The notes beneath the pieces are model-generated. The model was not told the DNA's origin, made no database searches, and worked only from the letters and a program-made list of their open reading frames with translations. Both the position numbers and the translations under genes were made by a program. DNA of 64,000 nt from Prorocentrum cordatum (Eukaryota), in NCBI GenBank assembly GCA_963575745.1, contig CAUYUJ010000085.1, positions 1 to 64,000 of the forward strand. Reading direction: 5' to 3'. Of the stretch, positions 60,147-64,000 are shown in pieces (the first letter of the stretch is position 1; every line of letters begins with the position of its first letter).

Positions 60147-63100
60147 TCGCTGGTGGCGTCATTACCATTCGGCGAAGGGGCTCGTGTGTTTGATCTACGT
60201 TCGTGTGGCCACGTTTCGACACTAACCGTGGATAGTTTCTTGTCTCAGTTATCTTGCTCCTCTTCCTTCTCCTGGTCCCTCGTCCTCGCGTCTCTCCGCC
60301 TCATCTCTCGTCCTCATCTCTCCTCCTCCCTCCTCCACCTACTCTTCTGCCTGGTTCCCCCTCTTACTATTCAGCCGACTCTTCTTCCTAGTCTCACTTG
60401 CTCTGCCTGCGTAGTGTCTCTTGTCCCTCCCCACTCGTTCTCCTCCTTTTCTCCGCCGCTCAGCCCCAGATGATAACTTCACGCGCTTCCTTCCCTAGAT
60501 GAGGAGGGGCACTTGCAAGGGGGGCCAGTGCGGCGACATGACAATAATGATAACAAGGGGGCGGGGGCCGAGGGTGATGGGGGTGATCAGCAGATGCATA
60601 AGGACGATTACAGGACGATTACTAACCAGACAGCAAATCCCGCCGATATGCCGCTGGCGCATCTGGGGTTACCTTAACCCTTGCGGCGCACTTCACGCTT
60701 TGGGCGCCTGGGGGCATTGGGGGTGCCATCGGGCCACACGGCATCACCCCTCGATGAGGGGACCTCCCAACGCCGAATTTTATTCAAGGCCTCTTGGCCT
60801 GCAGGGGTGGGGTGCCCTTTACACATGCCGACGAGGCCCGCCCCCAGTCTACCACCCGTGGGGGTCTTCGAGCCTAGGCGCCCACACCTCCAACAAAAAA
60901 TCTGGCCATACAATATTGCTGCATTGTGCGACTCACGCACCGCCTTGTCCCCGATACTGCACCGAGGGGGGAGGCGCACAGGTAAACCTTGAGACTCTAC
61001 TCTATGGTACTGGGGTCCTGGACATGCGCCACTGCGAAGCCAGTCCAACATAGAAAACTCCCCAGGGCCACTCTGGCAGTGGCAACACACCCAGGAGGGG
61101 CCGACCTTGGGGACCTGGTGCCCCGAAGACGCTACAAGAGCCTTCCTTACGCGCCAGGCAGCGGGCGGCACACGGCAGTCCTTACGCGGGCGGCTCTTAC
61201 GCTCGTAGTCGGCACAAGCGGACGCCGCGTTGACCATAGCCAGCCCCCTCTGGACCAACCACACTTTAAATTCAGCACGGGCTATATCTCTGACCTCTGG
61301 GTCAATTTCAGCTGAAACCTGCTCAACTCCTAGTTGGGCGAATTTGTCGGCAAGGTCATTGCCTCGGGAGACACAGGGGGTCTGGACCAGGGAGGCTAGC
61401 GAAACTCTATCTAGGTGCGAATTGCACTTACTGAGCATCACTCGTCGACCTTGAGCTTCGGAGAAGACCCTCTTCCACCAACCTCTGAGTTCTCCCGAGG
61501 TGTCCGAGGAACCGTGCCATCCGTCGTAAACGATCTGGCTGTCCGTGTAGAACCAAAATGGAGGCGCGCGTCGCTGCTCGAAGCCGAGCCGCCCAGGAAG
61601 GCCAGCTTGCACTCGATGCGGTCCTCGAAGTTCACCGCGCCCTCGAACGCGACGGCCGGCCCGTCCCAATCGATGTAGTACAGCAGGCAAGGCGTGCCCC
61701 ACGAAGGCGGAGGCGGTACGGAATTCCACGTGGATGGTAGTAGCCCTCTTAGCCACAGCTCCAGGTTGGTCCCGTTAGTAATGTCTCGGACTGCTTCATC
61801 ACATAGCTTGGCGCTCTGACGGATCCACGGGTGGTCCTGACCGCATGTGTGAGGGCAGCCCCAGACGCGGTGGGCCATCGTCTCTTTCTGGCCTGTCGCG
61901 CACCTGGTACATACTCCATCACACTCATAGCCTTCAGCACGGCAACGATCTTCGGTCCAAACGGTATTGCAAATAAATGCTTCTAGCGCACCAGATTCAC
62001 GATGTGACTCTGAACGTCTCATTCTCTGTAGGGTTCTGCTTGCTGTCGTGAGGTCTGGCGTAGAACTCCAGCCTCCTCCGTGGCGATCTCTGGCCGCCTG
62101 CTGCCACAGCTCCTTGATGCCGTCCGCCGTGATGATCGCCATGAGTTGGGTGGTGTCTTCATCTCCGAGTATGCAGTCTGACTGCTGAGATGGCGGCACT
62201 TTCCGACGGTCATTGTCTTCCTTTGGAGCTGGGACCTGACTTGGCACATAGTTTTCAACTTTGGTTCCAGCTCCTCTTTGCTTATTTGTGTAAGAACCCA
62301 TTCCAGCCAGAAACTGCTGTCCATCTGTGTTGTCCTCCACGTCTTGGAAGGGGTCGTGGTCGCCGTCCATGTTGGTCGCAGCCTGCTGTGGTTGGCCCTC
62401 TGGAAGTCGGTGGACTCTGCTACCTTGACCGTCCTGGCTACCGTCTGAAGGTGGCAGCTCACGGCTTGCATACATATTGTGCTGGTGCGGTTGCTGGGCC
62501 ATCGTCCATTCATTTTCCTGCGCATCCGCCCACGTGTCTGGCTCAGGTAGCTGCCATCCTAGTTCAGAAAGTCCTTGGATAAGGGCCGCCATCGGCCCTG
62601 TCACAACGTTCCAACGTCCTCTAGGTCGTGCCCGCTGGAGTCGCTGTACGGCTGCATGCCAACCTCCTCGTAGTTTGTCATGGTAATCTGGCCACCGCTT
62701 CCAACGCTTAATCCATTCTGCAACTTGGCGGCGGAGCCCAACAGCTTTGGGGTCCCTCCCGAAGTAATGCAACAGCATCACCACGGATGTACTCCAGCCG
62801 CCTGTCGTGTACCCGAGCATGTCTGCTGCTTCAGCTCTTGCACGTCGCACCGCTGTTGGAGACTGTCCTATTGCAGGGACGTCATATGCTGACTTAGCAC
62901 GGACATTGACTAAGTTGAGCGTGGCCAGCTTCCGTCTACGCTTGCCCGCCCCTTTGAAAACCCTGGCTCGGCGTATTCGTGCTCTGGCCGCTTTGCGTCT
63001 CTCCGTTGCCGTCGTGGTGCGCCTCTTGCGTCCTCTCGCCACGTCGATGCCGAGGTCGCGTACGTACGAGGCTCCTTTGACTGTTGCCCCTAGTTGCCGA

Positions 63101-64000
63101 ACCGCTTGCGAGACTGTTTTTCAATACTTGGGTGGGATGCCATCACTGCCGACTTGTCCGACATCTCCAACTTGCTCTCAATGCATCCTTTGACCAACTC
63201 GACCGCAACAGTGGTCAGCTCGTGCTTGACCTGCTTGTACGAGCCGCCTGACCTCGCCGTGGCATCGTCCACATACTGTCTGGGAAGCGCTCGGGGTACC
63301 TGATGGTAAGCTCGTCCCAAAACTTCGTATAAGAAAGTCCTTGCACCATTATTTGCATTGTTGCACCCTGATGCGATGCTGTTGCCAGGGATTATCGGTG
63401 GAGCGAATGCACCTCCTGCTCTGATCGCTCGCGGAGCGAGGTATACCAGACAATTGAGGTAGAGCTCCACGGGGGGAAAATCAAGCGTCAAAGCGCGACC
63501 AATCAAGATCGGGATGCTGATCGAATCGTAGAACTTTTTGATGTCCAAATAGATTGAGCCCCACGCTTGCGTTCCATCCCAGGCACTGCTTTCGTCCATG
63601 GCCATGCTGAAGAGAGCTGCCTGGAGGGCTGACGACTGGGCCACCGGTGCATCCCAAAAGGCTGCCTTCTTGCTGCCCCACTCTGCCATAGTTGGTTGTC
63701 GGATTCGCCCCCAAAGTCGCATTGGTAAAAGTATCAAGCCGATCGGCCTCTCGTCTCCAGCTTTCAAGTTGGATCCTTTGCGTAGAAGTTCATACCAAAT
63801 GTGTAACCATTGGTGCGGCCATGAAAGGCTTTGCTCACATCTGGTCAGCAAGACGGCCAATTCCTCTTTGGCCTGGGGTGCCAACGCCTTCAGATGCTGC
63901 GCTTTCCACATGTCCGAACCTTGGCCTGAGGAATTGGGCGTCGTCCTGAGAGCTGCTTCCAATTGGTCCAAGGTGATGGGTTCACGCTCAGGAAGGTCTG
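60147..64000 (-). mobile_element. LINE family A, copy 2 (near-identical to 1-3852); continues past the window end
   Basis: Direct match at offset ~60146-60148. ORFs 63090..63971, 61438..63042 and 60674..61756 mirror copy 1. Confidence 0.95.

Noticed and set aside
1..64000. rRNA or tRNA genes
   Set aside because: None recognised by eye; a covariance-model search would be needed to exclude them.

Overview
GC-rich, repeat-saturated eukaryotic DNA. It is probably from a dinoflagellate; this is inferred from spliced-leader-like relics, a GT..AG|G intron and the retroelement families present. Most ORFs in the supplied track are artefacts of microsatellites or antisense frames. Supported content: (1) an APE-RT-RNase H LINE (family A, minus strand, 1-6900) with a near-identical second copy at 60147-64000; (2) a decayed DIRS-like retroelement (RT-RNase H-tyrosine recombinase-cytosine-methyltransferase-like, minus, ~7675-12860); (3) an old Ty1/copia element with both LTRs and a PBS (28556-38022, minus) that also appears to carry a methyltransferase-like domain between protease and integrase; (4) a second, nearly intact LINE (family B, plus, ~43905-51265); (5) a host gene or pseudogene for a signal peptide + CUB + multi-TM protein (41069 to ~39160), possibly continuing 18 kb away at 20860-19796; (6) several MITE/foldback families, CCAAGA-rich repeats and microsatellites. 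Most notable: methyltransferase-like cargo in two unrelated retroelement classes, a recurrent AC>GC (GT>GC) mutation signature, LINE ends abutting (CCT)n, and spliced-leader-like relics. All calls come from reading motifs by eye; no database searches were run.
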